A DNA stretch of 64,000 bases from a virus: positions 13,327-77,326 of IMG/VR virus record IMGVR_UViG_3300033182_001261, one strand, 5' to 3'. Of the stretch, positions 26,750 to 37,135 are shown piece by piece. Every line of letters begins with the position of its first letter. Position 1 is the stretch's first letter. The notes below the pieces were generated by a model that saw only the letters and a list, made by a program, of their open reading frames with translations, was not told the DNA's origin and made no database searches. A program made the position numbers and the translations under genes.

Positions 26750-27268
26750 TTAAAATTCTTGTTCAGACATCATATACCAAAAGCTCGAACCAACGACACG
26801 ATTCAGATTGTAAAACCAAACAGGAACGACAACGTTCCCATTCTCTGAATAAGATAGAACACTGTTAGGAACCCAAAACTCATCAGCAAACTGTGTGGCC
26901 ATTGCAGTTTCATGGGATACGTGTTCTTTGGTAGACTTCAACATTATATGCATCTGCATTCCTTTGGAAGTCTCTTTCAGAAATGTTACTGGAATCTTAA
27001 CACCACCAGCTTTTCGACAAGCAGATTTTGAAAATACGAAAGCCGCACCTTTCGTTGAAGTGCTTGTGAATATGTTCTCATCAGTGAATATAGCATGATT
27101 CACCATCTTTTTCATTTCTGACCAAGGTTCTTCTTCACAATTCGGGAACTCTTCGTTATATATCTTTCCCCCTAATCTCGTCAACGTTGACAAAGCAATC
27201 CCATCTACATTTCTTTCTTCAATAATTTTCCGATACATTTCCACCATAAAGATTAATCTAGAACTCAT
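26750..27268 (-). CDS. WxPxS-domain protein, module copy 1
   Basis: KETSKG...FWVPNSVLSYSE...VPVWF; paralog of 46939. Confidence 0.6.
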   Translation of the reverse strand: MSSRLIFMVEMYRKIIEERNVDGIALSTLTRLGGKIYNEEFPNCEEEPWSEMKKMVNHAIFTDENIFTSTSTKGAAFVFSKSACRKAGGVKIPVTFLKETSKGMQMHIMLKSTKEHVSHETAMATQFADEFWVPNSVLSYSENGNVVVPVWFYNLNRVVGSSFWYMMSEQEF

Positions 27269-27304
27269 TCACAAACCTTTCACATTTACAACGTTTTTAC
27301 AATA

Positions 27305-28468
27305 TTAGTTTTCGAACCATGCTTTGGTGTCACCAGATTGGACAACCAATGATTCATCTTCTTCTTCAACTTCTTCTGTAACTTCTGAAATCTTTCCGTA
27401 CAGGTCTACAAAACTGTCTCTTGTGATATCATCAAAACGATTCACAGTAAGTTTGATAGATTCTTCAACATCCCCAAAGATTTTATACGTTTGTAAGATA
27501 GAGATTAAACGACGAGTTGTTATCAAATCATTTATCGCACCACTTTCGAAACTATCTCTTGTGATTGTCGCCCACTCTACAAGATTTTCGGTGATGACTT
27601 CCGCCTCTTCATCGAGAACACCAATTTGATTCTTCCAAAACTTTCTCAATATCTTATTCTCAATTGATTTACTTGGATAGGATTGTACAACTGTTATCGG
27701 GAATCTTTCAAGGAACGACTCATTCAGGAACCCAGTCCCATAAAACTTTCCAAGTTCGTCACCCTGACCCTTTGTATTAGCAGTAGCAAAGATTGTAAAT
27801 CCTTCAGCAGGTTTCACCCAACGATTTACTTTCTTTAAGAAAACTCCCTTACCTTCAAGAACTGACTGGATACACATTATTTTGTTAGATGCCAAATCAA
27901 TCTCGTCAAGCAGGAGCACCCCACCCCTTTGCATTGCTTTTACAATTGGTCCATCGAACCATATAGTTTCACCATTCACCAGTCGGAACCCACCTAGTAA
28001 ATCATCTTCATCAGTTTCAATAGTAATGTTGACTCTATACAACTCTCTAGAAAGATTCGCACAAGACTGCTCTACCATCATTGTCTTACCATTACCAGAG
28101 AGACCAGTAATAAACAATGGGTGAAATACTCTAGACTCAATAATCTTCTCAATAGTCTTGTAGTGTCCCCATGAGATATAGTTCTCATCTACTTCTGGAG
28201 TGAATGCAAGACTTTCGGGAGTTGATTTCAGTTCTTCGGTGTTCTTTGCCTTTTCAGAATTCTTAGAGGGGGATTTCGAAGATTTTGGAAATATATATAA
28301 TCCCCTTTTGGTTGATTTGTCACATAGAGTGATAACCTTTCTCAAAAGTTTGTCAATACTTTCAGAGTCGATACCAATCTCTTCCGAAAAACTTCTCAAG
28401 TCTTTCCTTGTGACTTCCTTGCCAGAGAATTCCTCTGAGAGCATACCAAAGAACTTTTCAAATTTCAT
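27305..28468 (-). CDS. MoxR-type AAA+ ATPase (phage CobS-like), copy 1
   Basis: GLSGNGKT Walker A, ETDEDDLLGG, LLLDEID Walker B, ATANTKGQG, FLERF; promoter 28492-28520. Confidence 0.92.
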   Translation of the reverse strand: MKFEKFFGMLSEEFSGKEVTRKDLRSFSEEIGIDSESIDKLLRKVITLCDKSTKRGLYIFPKSSKSPSKNSEKAKNTEELKSTPESLAFTPEVDENYISWGHYKTIEKIIESRVFHPLFITGLSGNGKTMMVEQSCANLSRELYRVNITIETDEDDLLGGFRLVNGETIWFDGPIVKAMQRGGVLLLDEIDLASNKIMCIQSVLEGKGVFLKKVNRWVKPAEGFTIFATANTKGQGDELGKFYGTGFLNESFLERFPITVVQSYPSKSIENKILRKFWKNQIGVLDEEAEVITENLVEWATITRDSFESGAINDLITTRRLISILQTYKIFGDVEESIKLTVNRFDDITRDSFVDLYGKISEVTEEVEEEDESLVVQSGDTKAWFEN

Positions 28469-28803
28469 ACTTTACCTTTTCACTTATACTAATATTAACA
28501 TATTAGGGATTGTTTGTCAATGAGTTTTTATATTATTTCTAAATATACTTATATGGCTTTGTAAGTTCTGTTTTCAGCATTTACCTGCGAATAGTAGGTG
28601 GGACGAAACCCACTGGTGACTATGACTTTTGTACCAAGGTGTTCCAGATTCTTTTTCTACCTTTTCTATCCTGTCGTTTCCAATTCTTCCACCACATATC
28701 ATCTGGTCTACGATTATAAACCTCTTTGTATACGTCACTAACATCCATATCATCAAAAGGGAATTCATTCAAAAGCATAGTAAAGTCCTTTTCAAGTTTA
28801 TAG

Positions 28804-29010
28804 TTAATTTATAACACGTTCTTTTGATTTGTCGTCTTCATCTTCTTCTATTTCATCGGGTATCTCTTCAACGTTATTGATAGCTTTAAGAACTATCTCT
28901 TCTATTATATCATCCGAAACTGATATATGGTTAGAATTAAAGAAGTCACTCCACTCTTTCTTTAAGGACTCCTCTAATTTTTTTTCAGATTTGGAATTAT
29001 TTTTTCTCAT
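28804..29010 (-). CDS. acidic hypothetical protein (start MRKNN)
   Basis: Follows late box TATAAATA at 29033-29040 on -. Confidence 0.5.
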   Translation of the reverse strand: MRKNNSKSEKKLEESLKKEWSDFFNSNHISVSDDIIEEIVLKAINNVEEIPDEIEEDEDDKSKERVIN

Positions 29011-29062
29011 AGTCTCTTTTTTTGTATAAATATATTTATATTCTTTAGTGTAGGGGTTTAAA

Positions 29063-29794
29063 GTGAGATATAACACTAATTTTTCAAGGTTTATAGAAAC
29101 CATAGGATTCAATCAGTATCCTGATTATTATTGCAAATACAATCAACTAGCTGTTGGTCAAGGGTTCATCATACCAAGTTACCAAAACCAAACAGCGGAT
29201 TTCAAAACTAAAACAGGAGAAGATTTTTGTTTAAGTAGAAAATTCATTGATTTGAAATGTAACATTTTCGTCAAAACACAGGACGGATTCACACGTTCAC
29301 ATAACGTTGGTAGAAATGTAGGTTTAATGTTAAACTCTTTCAGTTACACTTCCACTAACAACCACTACAAGAAGTTTAGTAGAAAAGAAATAGATGAGAA
29401 CCTCCTACTGTTTCCAATCAAGTATGCTTACAATATGAATAAGACTGATATTCATTCCATAAGAATAGGTGATGTTATAGTTGCTAATTCCTTTTGGGAA
29501 GATATCGATAAAAAATATTCAGAGTATTATAATGATTGCCCAGAACAAATAAACCCACACTTCATATGCGGTGAAGTTGTAGAAATACATAAAAGTAAAC
29601 TGACACAAACTTGCACATATAAAGTTCAGACCTCCAAAACCGAGAAGAAGTTTTTTGATGTTAAGGTAACACTTTCGGACATATTTAACTTCAACTCAGC
29701 AAACTATACTAGTGTTTACAGATTAGATAAAACTATTAGAAGAGGGCATGTAAAAGTTAAACTCTTCTTGAATATGAATTACTGTATGGAATGA
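29063..29794 (+). CDS. hypothetical protein
   Basis: 243 aa ORF with AGGGG RBS; no competing long ORF. Confidence 0.55.
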   Translation: MRYNTNFSRFIETIGFNQYPDYYCKYNQLAVGQGFIIPSYQNQTADFKTKTGEDFCLSRKFIDLKCNIFVKTQDGFTRSHNVGRNVGLMLNSFSYTSTNNHYKKFSRKEIDENLLLFPIKYAYNMNKTDIHSIRIGDVIVANSFWEDIDKKYSEYYNDCPEQINPHFICGEVVEIHKSKLTQTCTYKVQTSKTEKKFFDVKVTLSDIFNFNSANYTSVYRLDKTIRRGHVKVKLFLNMNYCME

Positions 29795-30342
29795 TAATAG
29801 GATTTAAAGTTACTGTATGATCTATACTCTTCTTTTGGAATTTGATCTGAAGGTATGTGCGCATAAAACGTGACGTTTTCATATTTCGAGATAACCTCTT
29901 TCCATCTAGGAACCCAGTAGGAATTTAAATTTCTTTTTCTAGTTCTAGGGACCAGATTGTCCATCTGACTGTGAAAGTTGTCTTCATATAAAGAGTTGAT
30001 TCCCCATAAGTGAATTTCTTTTAAATCACTATAAGTTTGACAAACATAGTCAACTGCTATGAGACCAGAGTTGTACCAAGACTTTCTTTTATAAACACCT
30101 TCCCATTTTCCATGGAGTTTTTTTGATTGACTAACTTTGTAAGTGTCTGGTGGACACCAAATCCTTTTAAGGTTTATTTTCTTATCACCTATTATCCTAG
30201 CAGGTTGAGGATCTATTATAGAAACTATGTCCCACTCAAATCCATGTTGAGGTATATTACAACAGATAACCAAATCATAATTTTCATCATTTCTAGAATA
30301 AAGATTATTTGATGATCCATTACCTATCAAGCATATTTTCAT
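29779..30342 (-). CDS. Rossmann-like protein (GT29/Maf-like motif set)
   Basis: CLIGNG.S, ICCN, NSG..A, EIHLWG; late box at 30351. Confidence 0.5.
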   Translation of the reverse strand: MKICLIGNGSSNNLYSRNDENYDLVICCNIPQHGFEWDIVSIIDPQPARIIGDKKINLKRIWCPPDTYKVSQSKKLHGKWEGVYKRKSWYNSGLIAVDYVCQTYSDLKEIHLWGINSLYEDNFHSQMDNLVPRTRKRNLNSYWVPRWKEVISKYENVTFYAHIPSDQIPKEEYRSYSNFKSYYHSIQ

Positions 30343-30353
30343 AATAAAGATAT

Positions 30354-30641
30354 TTATACTAAACTTAACTTTCTGATAGCCAGTTCTTTAGAATATCTAT
30401 CTTTATCATTTATCGACTTGAACAATTTTTTATTTTCTTTGATTCTAAATTTCACACTTGGATTCAAAGACTTAATCTTTTCTAAGAAAGTTCTAGCATC
30501 GAAATCCAAATCTAGAAAAACTTTAGGTCCTTCAATTCTAGATTGAGATGAGATTTCATCTTGAATATTAAATTTGAAAACATCCTTTAATTTAACTTCT
30601 AACCAAGAGTGACCCATTTCATAAAAAATATTAAATTCCAT
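30354..30641 (-). CDS. hypothetical early protein
   Basis: GHSWLEV...ISS.S...FLD.D.DA..F motif; promoter 30671-30699. Confidence 0.6.
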   Translation of the reverse strand: MEFNIFYEMGHSWLEVKLKDVFKFNIQDEISSQSRIEGPKVFLDLDFDARTFLEKIKSLNPSVKFRIKENKKLFKSINDKDRYSKELAIRKLSLV

Positions 30642-30715
30642 ATTTGTCTCCTTTTTATCCTTATATAATAAGTATAACAAATGTGAACTACTATGTCAAT
30701 ACCTTTTACAAAAAA

Positions 30716-30997
30716 TTAATCTATTCTTAAATTGCTCCATTTCTTCAACTTCTCTCTTTTAGATTTGGAATTCTTTATCAATTCATTTTTGTTTATTAGT
30801 CCATATTCTTGTAAAAGGTCAATCATACAAAGCAAGTCTCCGATTTCTCTTGAAAGACTTCCAACCTCTTCATCATTTCTTCCGAATCTAATAATCTTAG
30901 AAGCTTCTACAGTAGCTTCTGCGCACTCCTCCATAAAGATAACTAACAGTTCTTCTTTCTCATCAATCGAAATATTTTCAGTAGCATACTTTTTCAT
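30716..30997 (-). CDS. MazG-like NTP pyrophosphohydrolase
   Basis: MEECAE..VEASK..RFG...REIGDL (ExxE...ExxD). Confidence 0.8.
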   Translation of the reverse strand: MKKYATENISIDEKEELLVIFMEECAEATVEASKIIRFGRNDEEVGSLSREIGDLLCMIDLLQEYGLINKNELIKNSKSKREKLKKWSNLRID

Positions 30998-31025
30998 ATG
31001 AACTCCTTTTGATTATAAATATTAA

Positions 31026-31436
31026 ATGATTATGATTAAACTTCTACTCGCTTTGCTTATAAAACACGCTATATGTGATTTGTATTTACAAAACAAGAGA
31101 AACCCTACGGATAAATCAAAATACATAGGTGAATGTCACACTCACTATCTTGACCATTTTTTACTAACCCTTTTAGTTTGTTACATCTTCTTGATTCCAC
31201 TTGAAATCTGTTTTGTATTATCTTCAATTGATTACATTGCTCACTGGCACATAGATTACACAAAAACTAAAATAATAAGATTTTTTAGAATTAACTTGAA
31301 CAGTATAGTTTTTTGGTTATTACAAACCATCGATCAAATATTACATTACTCAACTTATTTCCTAATAGTGTATATAGTTCAGAACAACTTATCATTTCAT
31401 CACATCTTCAAAAAATTTATTTCTCCTCTTTTCTAA
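31026..31436 (+). CDS. DUF3307-like membrane protein
   Basis: KH.I.D..LQ, H...H, H.HIDY.K, DQ.LH; late box at 31014. Confidence 0.75.
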   Translation: MIMIKLLLALLIKHAICDLYLQNKRNPTDKSKYIGECHTHYLDHFLLTLLVCYIFLIPLEICFVLSSIDYIAHWHIDYTKTKIIRFFRINLNSIVFWLLQTIDQILHYSTYFLIVYIVQNNLSFHHIFKKFISPLF

Positions 31437-31772
31437 AATTTCAAATTCTTTACTTTTAGGAAAAATCACCTTTAAGAATCTGTATCTATCATCTTCAATT
31501 TTAGTAAACTTCATTCCTTTGAAATTTGTTAAAAATATAGTCACATGAGTTCTTTTATAATAAACACTCAACTTAAAATAATTAACCATCTCAATCAATC
31601 TCTGTAAATCAAAAGTTTTCGGTATGATTATAAACTTTTCTGATTTTTCACAAGCTTCTGAAATTTTCTTAAGAACTGTCAAATTGTGTTTGTCAAAAAT
31701 TAGAGATTTCTGCTCTTCTTCCATTTCATCTATTTTACTGGAAAGTTTCTTAAAAAAATTCTTAGGTAACAT
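31392..31772 (-). CDS. hypothetical protein
   Basis: Follows the ligase gene; late box at 31778. Confidence 0.5.
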   Translation of the reverse strand: MLPKNFFKKLSSKIDEMEEEQKSLIFDKHNLTVLKKISEACEKSEKFIIIPKTFDLQRLIEMVNYFKLSVYYKRTHVTIFLTNFKGMKFTKIEDDRYRFLKVIFPKSKEFEILEKRRNKFFEDVMK

Positions 31773-31780
31773 AAACGTAT

Positions 31781-33091
31781 TTATAATTTTTCACCATCAT
31801 CAAAACCTCTAAAAGTTTTAAATCTAGGGAACCTAAGAGAGTATGTTCCGTCTTGATTTTGTGATATTGAATCAGCTCGAACTTCAACAACCTTTCCGAT
31901 AAGAGTTTCTCTAGCATTCCAGAAGTCTTCTCTATCTTTATCGGTTAACCCACTTCCGACATTGACTTTTATTTTCTTACCATCATCAACTCCATGACAT
32001 ATTAATGCTCCGAGTCTACCCTTATTCTTTCCTGTACCTTCTTCGAGACCCACAACATCTAAAGAAACTTCAATAAAAGGTTTCATTTTCAACCAAGAAC
32101 TGGATCTATCACATTCATACGGTCCCATAGTATCTTTTATCATAACTCCTTCATAACCACCATCAACTGCTTGTTTATTGATTTCAGAAAACCTATTCTG
32201 ACCTTCATCGGTATCTAAGTCAACTTCTTCCCAATCTAAAGCAGTTACATGTTCTAAAACGTCTTCATTTTCTTCGATCCAATCTTTTAGTATATTACTC
32301 CTAACCTTCTGTGGAATCCCCCAATATCCCTTCTTAAAATGTTTCAGAGGAAGAGTATCAAATAGATGTAGTACGGCATCTTCCAAATTAACATTAGATT
32401 TTCTGTGAACTTGTTTCATCAGGTCTTGGAAATTAGAACTCATCACTTCACCGTCCAAAACAAAAGGTTCTTGGTCAGGTTTCTTGTCAAAACATTTTTG
32501 TATTTCCGAAGCAATAGTTTTGAAGTTATGAAACTCCTTACCATTTCTACTAAGCATTTTAACACCAGATTTTTCAACAATGACTATAACCCTAACTCCG
32601 TCCAGTTTAACTTCTACTTGTTTTTTTCCTTTCATTTTGTTTTGGTGGTTTGATGAGTCTTTCGCTAACTGACATCTAAAAACAGGAACAGTATACTGAG
32701 GATACTTCTTAGCAACCTTATTGACAGTCTTTTCACTTACACCGCACTTCAAATCTTTGGTTAAAATTCTTCTGTAAAAATAATTCCATTCATCCATTTT
32801 ACATTTTTCTGACAAAGATTTTACAGCGTCTCTTGCATCATTACCTGTCAACTCTCTTAAAGAAAGTTTATTTGCCAATTCAACAAATTCATTCCAAGTG
32901 ATACCTTCACCGTCAGAAGTGGATTTAGGAACCTGTTTGATTCCATAAGTGACCATAGGATCCAATGCTAGTCGAACTCCTTGAAAGAATTCGTCCAAGC
33001 CCTGACTCATATAGTTTTCAAGGATACTTTCTTTTTCGTTTCTACTATTTGTTCCTTCTAACTCTTTTACAATTTCTGAATAGTTTTTCAT
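31781..33091 (-). CDS. 30: ATP-dependent DNA ligase (gp30)
   Basis: KLDGVR, SRNGK, LDGEV, EGVMIK, WLKMKP, SLRFPRF; promoter 33113-33141. Confidence 0.96.
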   Translation of the reverse strand: MKNYSEIVKELEGTNSRNEKESILENYMSQGLDEFFQGVRLALDPMVTYGIKQVPKSTSDGEGITWNEFVELANKLSLRELTGNDARDAVKSLSEKCKMDEWNYFYRRILTKDLKCGVSEKTVNKVAKKYPQYTVPVFRCQLAKDSSNHQNKMKGKKQVEVKLDGVRVIVIVEKSGVKMLSRNGKEFHNFKTIASEIQKCFDKKPDQEPFVLDGEVMSSNFQDLMKQVHRKSNVNLEDAVLHLFDTLPLKHFKKGYWGIPQKVRSNILKDWIEENEDVLEHVTALDWEEVDLDTDEGQNRFSEINKQAVDGGYEGVMIKDTMGPYECDRSSSWLKMKPFIEVSLDVVGLEEGTGKNKGRLGALICHGVDDGKKIKVNVGSGLTDKDREDFWNARETLIGKVVEVRADSISQNQDGTYSLRFPRFKTFRGFDDGEKL

Positions 33092-33145
33092 ATTATCTCC
33101 TAACCTATTATAAGGATAACAAATATAGAGGTGTTTGTCAATAGA

Positions 33146-34333
33146 TTAAGACAAAAAAGTTACCAACTCTGAAAGAATTTTTTTTGATAGTTTCATGGAA
33201 ACATGATTGTTAGTGAATTTGTTTTTAATCTGGTTTAGACTCTTTTTAGATTTTTCTGGAATCATTATCTCATTCTCATAATTTTCCATCTCGAAATTGG
33301 CAACAGAAAAATAAGCATCATATCCTCTATAATCATATTTTGTCTGGTCATTCGAGCAACCATTTATAAAAAAACATATAGTGTTTCCACCAACACATTT
33401 TTTATAGAACTTTAAGATTGATTCTGTATCTAAAACCTTTGTTCTGAAATATTGACCAGAAAGAGGATCATAGGAATTTATATTGATAAGTCTTTCAGAA
33501 TTTCCCCTCCAAAGGTCATAACTAGCACCACCAGAACTTTTATTGCTTCTAGGGTCACTTAGTGATGACCTATTAGATTCTCCGTCGGTTAAAACTACTG
33601 TGTTTAGAACTTCTATTTTAAAATCCTCTTTGAACTTTAATGATATCTGTCTAAGGACAAGTAAACTATCGTTTAGGGGTGTTGTTGATGTTGGTATATC
33701 ACCTTGATGGGCCAACTTAGAAGAACTCTTATCATATGACCCAGCACTTATATATCCAGTTTTCTTAGAGAAATCAACACCATCTTTACCAGAAGATACT
33801 GCTAGCAGATATGTACACATCATCTCATGGTCATTTTTATTCATTTCAGAGTTTAGCCATTCTCTCATATTGAAATATCTTCCGAATTTCAAGCAACTCT
33901 TTTTATTTAAATATTTCAAATCACTAGTAGTGTCTATATATCTTTCACTCATTGAATTAGAATCATTGAATCCTAAGACCTTGTATTTAATTCCAACTTT
34001 TCTACAAAATTCTGTTAATAAGATTGACTGTTTAATGGAATCTGAATACTTCTTTCCTCCCATTGAAGATGAACAGTCCACCAACATTATAACTCCGTGA
34101 TTTTTGCCATCTTTGTTTATTTCAGATTTTCGAAATATGTTTTCACTCCATTTAAACTTATGAAGTGACTGAGTGTTTATAACCCCTGTTTTATTAAACT
34201 GAGTTTTTCTAAATTGTTCTGCTTTCTTTCTTCTCTCAAATTCAAGAGCCATGTGGTTAAGTATGGAAGAGTTTTTTGATTTGAAGTTTGCCCAATCTTT
34301 CCTAGTCTCAATCAACCACTGATTCTTTTTCAT
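33146..34333 (-). CDS. vWA-domain protein (C-terminal half of CobT-like partner), copy 1
   Basis: GKNHG..MLVDCSSSM (MIDAS), TTPL, LTDGES. Confidence 0.85.
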   Translation of the reverse strand: MKKNQWLIETRKDWANFKSKNSSILNHMALEFERRKKAEQFRKTQFNKTGVINTQSLHKFKWSENIFRKSEINKDGKNHGVIMLVDCSSSMGGKKYSDSIKQSILLTEFCRKVGIKYKVLGFNDSNSMSERYIDTTSDLKYLNKKSCLKFGRYFNMREWLNSEMNKNDHEMMCTYLLAVSSGKDGVDFSKKTGYISAGSYDKSSSKLAHQGDIPTSTTPLNDSLLVLRQISLKFKEDFKIEVLNTVVLTDGESNRSSLSDPRSNKSSGGASYDLWRGNSERLININSYDPLSGQYFRTKVLDTESILKFYKKCVGGNTICFFINGCSNDQTKYDYRGYDAYFSVANFEMENYENEIMIPEKSKKSLNQIKNKFTNNHVSMKLSKKILSELVTFLS

Positions 34334-34335
34334 AT

Positions 34336-35367
34336 CTATTTCTTTCTAAAGTTGTCGGAACGCAATTCCCTAAGGTCAACTTTCGAACCCCTTTTCATTA
34401 TCTTGTAAACTTGTTTTAGAACTTCTTTTGAGTCTGTGTATACATACCCTTCCATATCAATTACAGGAACCTCAGAACTGAAATGAATTTTACTAGTAGC
34501 ATTTTCTTCATTAACTAACTTACCTTCATTATCTCTGAAATTTTTATCAGTTATAGACTCTGGTAAATTTTGTGATTCTTCACCTGCCTTATTCGTGGAA
34601 CTAGACTTTTGATTTTGTTCCTTATCGGATTTTTCTGAGGAGGGGTCATCTTCACCTCCATCAGAATCATTTCCTTCTCCTTGAGAGTCTTCCGATTCCT
34701 GTTCAGATTTTTGACTTGAACCGCTTTCATCCTCGGAACCATCTTTCGATTTCCCTTGACTCTTTATAGTATCATCACTTTCCTGTTTCTTATCTAACTC
34801 ATCTTTACAATATTCAAAAAGTTCTTTTGCCAACTTGACAACATCATCCCAAGTTTTTAACTTGTTCAATTTTTCTTCGAAGTGTCTCTCTTCGTTTTTT
34901 ATATTTACATTTGATGCTAGTTTACCTAACTTTGCTCTAACATTCAATCTATCTATCAAGAGCATGTTATCAAGTTCTTCTTGGGAGTATTCTTTAATAC
35001 CGAACATGTCCTCATCAAAAAGTTTTTTATATCCTGTTATATAAGACTTTTTGAGTCCTGGAAATTTTCTCTGAATCATTTTCTCGATTCTGGCATCCTC
35101 AACAATATTCAAAAACCCTTTGAACTTTTCATCCTGCTCTTCGTCTGTTGCTGAATGATACCCTTCAACAGGAGTGTTTAGTGCGTGTGAAACTTCATGT
35201 GATATTAAGAGGTCATAAACATCCTCACCTAAATCTACATAGTCTGGGAGATAGAGGATTCTATTTTCAATATCAAATGCTGCAGTTCTATAATCTCCAT
35301 GGACTATATCAACATTTTCAGTTGCCATTAGTTTAGCAAGAGTTTCTTTATAATCTAATTTTTTCAT
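34336..35367 (-). CDS. HExxH metallopeptidase-like protein (N-terminal half of CobT-like partner), copy 1
   Basis: LAKLMATEN, TAAFD...R.L.LP, HEVSHAL.TP, N.VEDARIE; acidic linker; CATAAATA upstream (35374-35381). Confidence 0.85.
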   Translation of the reverse strand: MKKLDYKETLAKLMATENVDIVHGDYRTAAFDIENRILYLPDYVDLGEDVYDLLISHEVSHALNTPVEGYHSATDEEQDEKFKGFLNIVEDARIEKMIQRKFPGLKKSYITGYKKLFDEDMFGIKEYSQEELDNMLLIDRLNVRAKLGKLASNVNIKNEERHFEEKLNKLKTWDDVVKLAKELFEYCKDELDKKQESDDTIKSQGKSKDGSEDESGSSQKSEQESEDSQGEGNDSDGGEDDPSSEKSDKEQNQKSSSTNKAGEESQNLPESITDKNFRDNEGKLVNEENATSKIHFSSEVPVIDMEGYVYTDSKEVLKQVYKIMKRGSKVDLRELRSDNFRKK

Positions 35368-35518
35368 TATTAATATTTATGTTTTGTTCACCAATACCAT
35401 TCCGAGTTCATTCCCATCTCCTTTTAATTATTTCCCATAAGTCTTCTATAAACAATGTTCCAATTGTCCAAAAGTCTTGTAAAGTGTCCAGTATCAAATC
35501 CAGAATCTCACGGAACAC

Positions 35519-36094
35519 TTACATACCCATCTTTCCTAACACCTTGTTAATACTTCTGGTCATTTTTAATAAAGACTTATTCTCGAAAAACAAACCTCTT
35601 ATAAAAAACATTTCAGTTAAACTTCGGTAATACCATTGCTGTTCTTTTTTTCCAGCATTGAATACGAGAAATACTGAATCTCCAACTTTCAACCACTGTT
35701 CGAACGTTTCTGTAATATTGTGTAACTTATCTGCAGACGCTACTGCGATGGATTCTTCTGGTGCGTCTGTTAGGTTTTTAATATATCTAACTTTTCTCTC
35801 TGTCCAAGAAAGTTCTGGTGACATATCCGCAGTCACATACTTTACTATTTTTTCAACCTCTTCTCCGAATCCAATTCTTATATCATTCAATGTTACATCA
35901 GTATCTTCAACTGTATCATGAAGCAGTCCTGCCACAATACAATCTTCTGAATATCCATTTTTATGGAGTATTCTTGCTACTTCCATACAATGACTGACAT
36001 AAGGTTTTTTTGTTCCCTTCCTAACTTGCCCATCATGAGCTAGTTTTGCAAATCTCAAAGCTGATTGTTGTATTCGTGTTTCCAAAAATTTCAT
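35519..36094 (-). CDS. HD-domain small alarmone hydrolase (SpoT/Mesh1-like)
   Basis: AH.GQ.RK....PY..H, AGLLHDTVEDT, FG.EV...V..VT, ADKLHN. Confidence 0.88.
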   Translation of the reverse strand: MKFLETRIQQSALRFAKLAHDGQVRKGTKKPYVSHCMEVARILHKNGYSEDCIVAGLLHDTVEDTDVTLNDIRIGFGEEVEKIVKYVTADMSPELSWTERKVRYIKNLTDAPEESIAVASADKLHNITETFEQWLKVGDSVFLVFNAGKKEQQWYYRSLTEMFFIRGLFFENKSLLKMTRSINKVLGKMGM

Positions 36095-36101
36095 ATCAAT
36101 C

Positions 36102-36326
36102 CTAGAAGTAATAGTTTCTGACCATTTCTAACTTTTTGGATAAGTTGGTTCTATTGATTAACCTGATATTACTAGGAGTCACCTTTACAATATCATTGTC
36201 TTTTAGAGACTTAATAACTGCCAAAACATCATTATATCGATATCCTGTATAGTTTGGAACAACGTAACCATTTTTTTCTAAATCATCAACCAATCTTTTT
36301 AGAATTTCTAATTTCACACTTTTCAT
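36102..36326 (-). CDS. small putative winged-helix protein
   Basis: AGGAGAG RBS; VIKSLKDNDIV pattern. Confidence 0.5.
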   Translation of the reverse strand: MKSVKLEILKRLVDDLEKNGYVVPNYTGYRYNDVLAVIKSLKDNDIVKVTPSNIRLINRTNLSKKLEMVRNYYF

Positions 36327-36336
36327 AATCTCTCTC

Positions 36337-36498
36337 CTAATAATTCTTAATGACAAATTCATCCATATCAATGTTTGGGTAAAATACGTATTCTATACTT
36401 TTTCTTTCCCCATCATCTCCATAAGTTATAATAGTTTTTAATACACCTCCATCTTTTTCAATTGACTGTTCTAAAATAGTATTTGGAATGTTTTTCAT
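36337..36498 (-). CDS. small early protein (start MKNIP)
   Basis: Promoter 36529-36557 and GGGAG RBS. Confidence 0.55.
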   Translation of the reverse strand: MKNIPNTILEQSIEKDGGVLKTIITYGDDGERKSIEYVFYPNIDMDEFVIKNY

Positions 36499-36595
36499 TT
36501 TCTCTCCCTTTCTTAACCTTATATTAATATTATAACAGGAAAGAAAGGTGTTGTCAAGGGGTTTCGAAAAAATATTTCTACTCCCCCTCAACTTT

Positions 36596-37126
36596 TTAAT
36601 AGTATGCTTCAGACTTTTTAAGTCTTATGGAATTCGAGTTACGATTAACTCTACCGAATCTCAGTGTATCAGATTCCTTTTCAGATAGTTTATTACTAGA
36701 CTTCTGCAAAAGATTACTGAATTCACGTTTCTCAGCATTCACCCGATTCTGAACTTGCTGCTCAGTTAAAACTCTCGGACGAGATTTACTGAACAAACTT
36801 CCTAAACGGATATCCAATTCACCTTCATATACAGTCCGTATGGAAGCAATAAATGAATCAAAATCAAATCCAACATCAGGAGTCACCGATACAACAGATA
36901 CACGATTCTTATCCCAATATTTCAACATCTCCTTCTTAGCAGACTTATAAGACCTACCAGAAGAGGAAGCTTCCTTATCAAGAACATCATACATAGAATC
37001 CCACACATAAGGACTTGCAGTAATACCAATCACAATACAAGCACCTTTACTAGTCACACTGAAACGAATTTCAGGATATCTAACACTCAACAAATCCTTC
37101 ACACAATTTACATTTTTAATACTCAT
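36596..37126 (-). CDS. hypothetical protein with LPD29-like N-terminus
   Basis: VK..L..RYPEIRFSVTS motif; AGGAG RBS. Confidence 0.5.
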   Translation of the reverse strand: MSIKNVNCVKDLLSVRYPEIRFSVTSKGACIVIGITASPYVWDSMYDVLDKEASSSGRSYKSAKKEMLKYWDKNRVSVVSVTPDVGFDFDSFIASIRTVYEGELDIRLGSLFSKSRPRVLTEQQVQNRVNAEKREFSNLLQKSSNKLSEKESDTLRFGRVNRNSNSIRLKKSEAYY

Positions 37127-37135
37127 AACAATCTC

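Noticed and set aside
27305-28468. cobS/cobT as cobalamin auxiliary metabolic genes
   Set aside because: No CobN or other B12 genes in the window; these are generic MoxR AAA+/vWA proteins
31781-33091. Introns or inteins in ligase, PhoH, RNase H or the ATPases
   Set aside because: Lengths are normal, motifs are contiguous and no splice-junction signatures were seen
34330-34340. Stop-codon readthrough or recoding joining the HExxH and vWA ORFs
   Set aside because: The ORFs are in different frames, copy 2 has a promoter and RBS between them, and core genes are intact in the standard code
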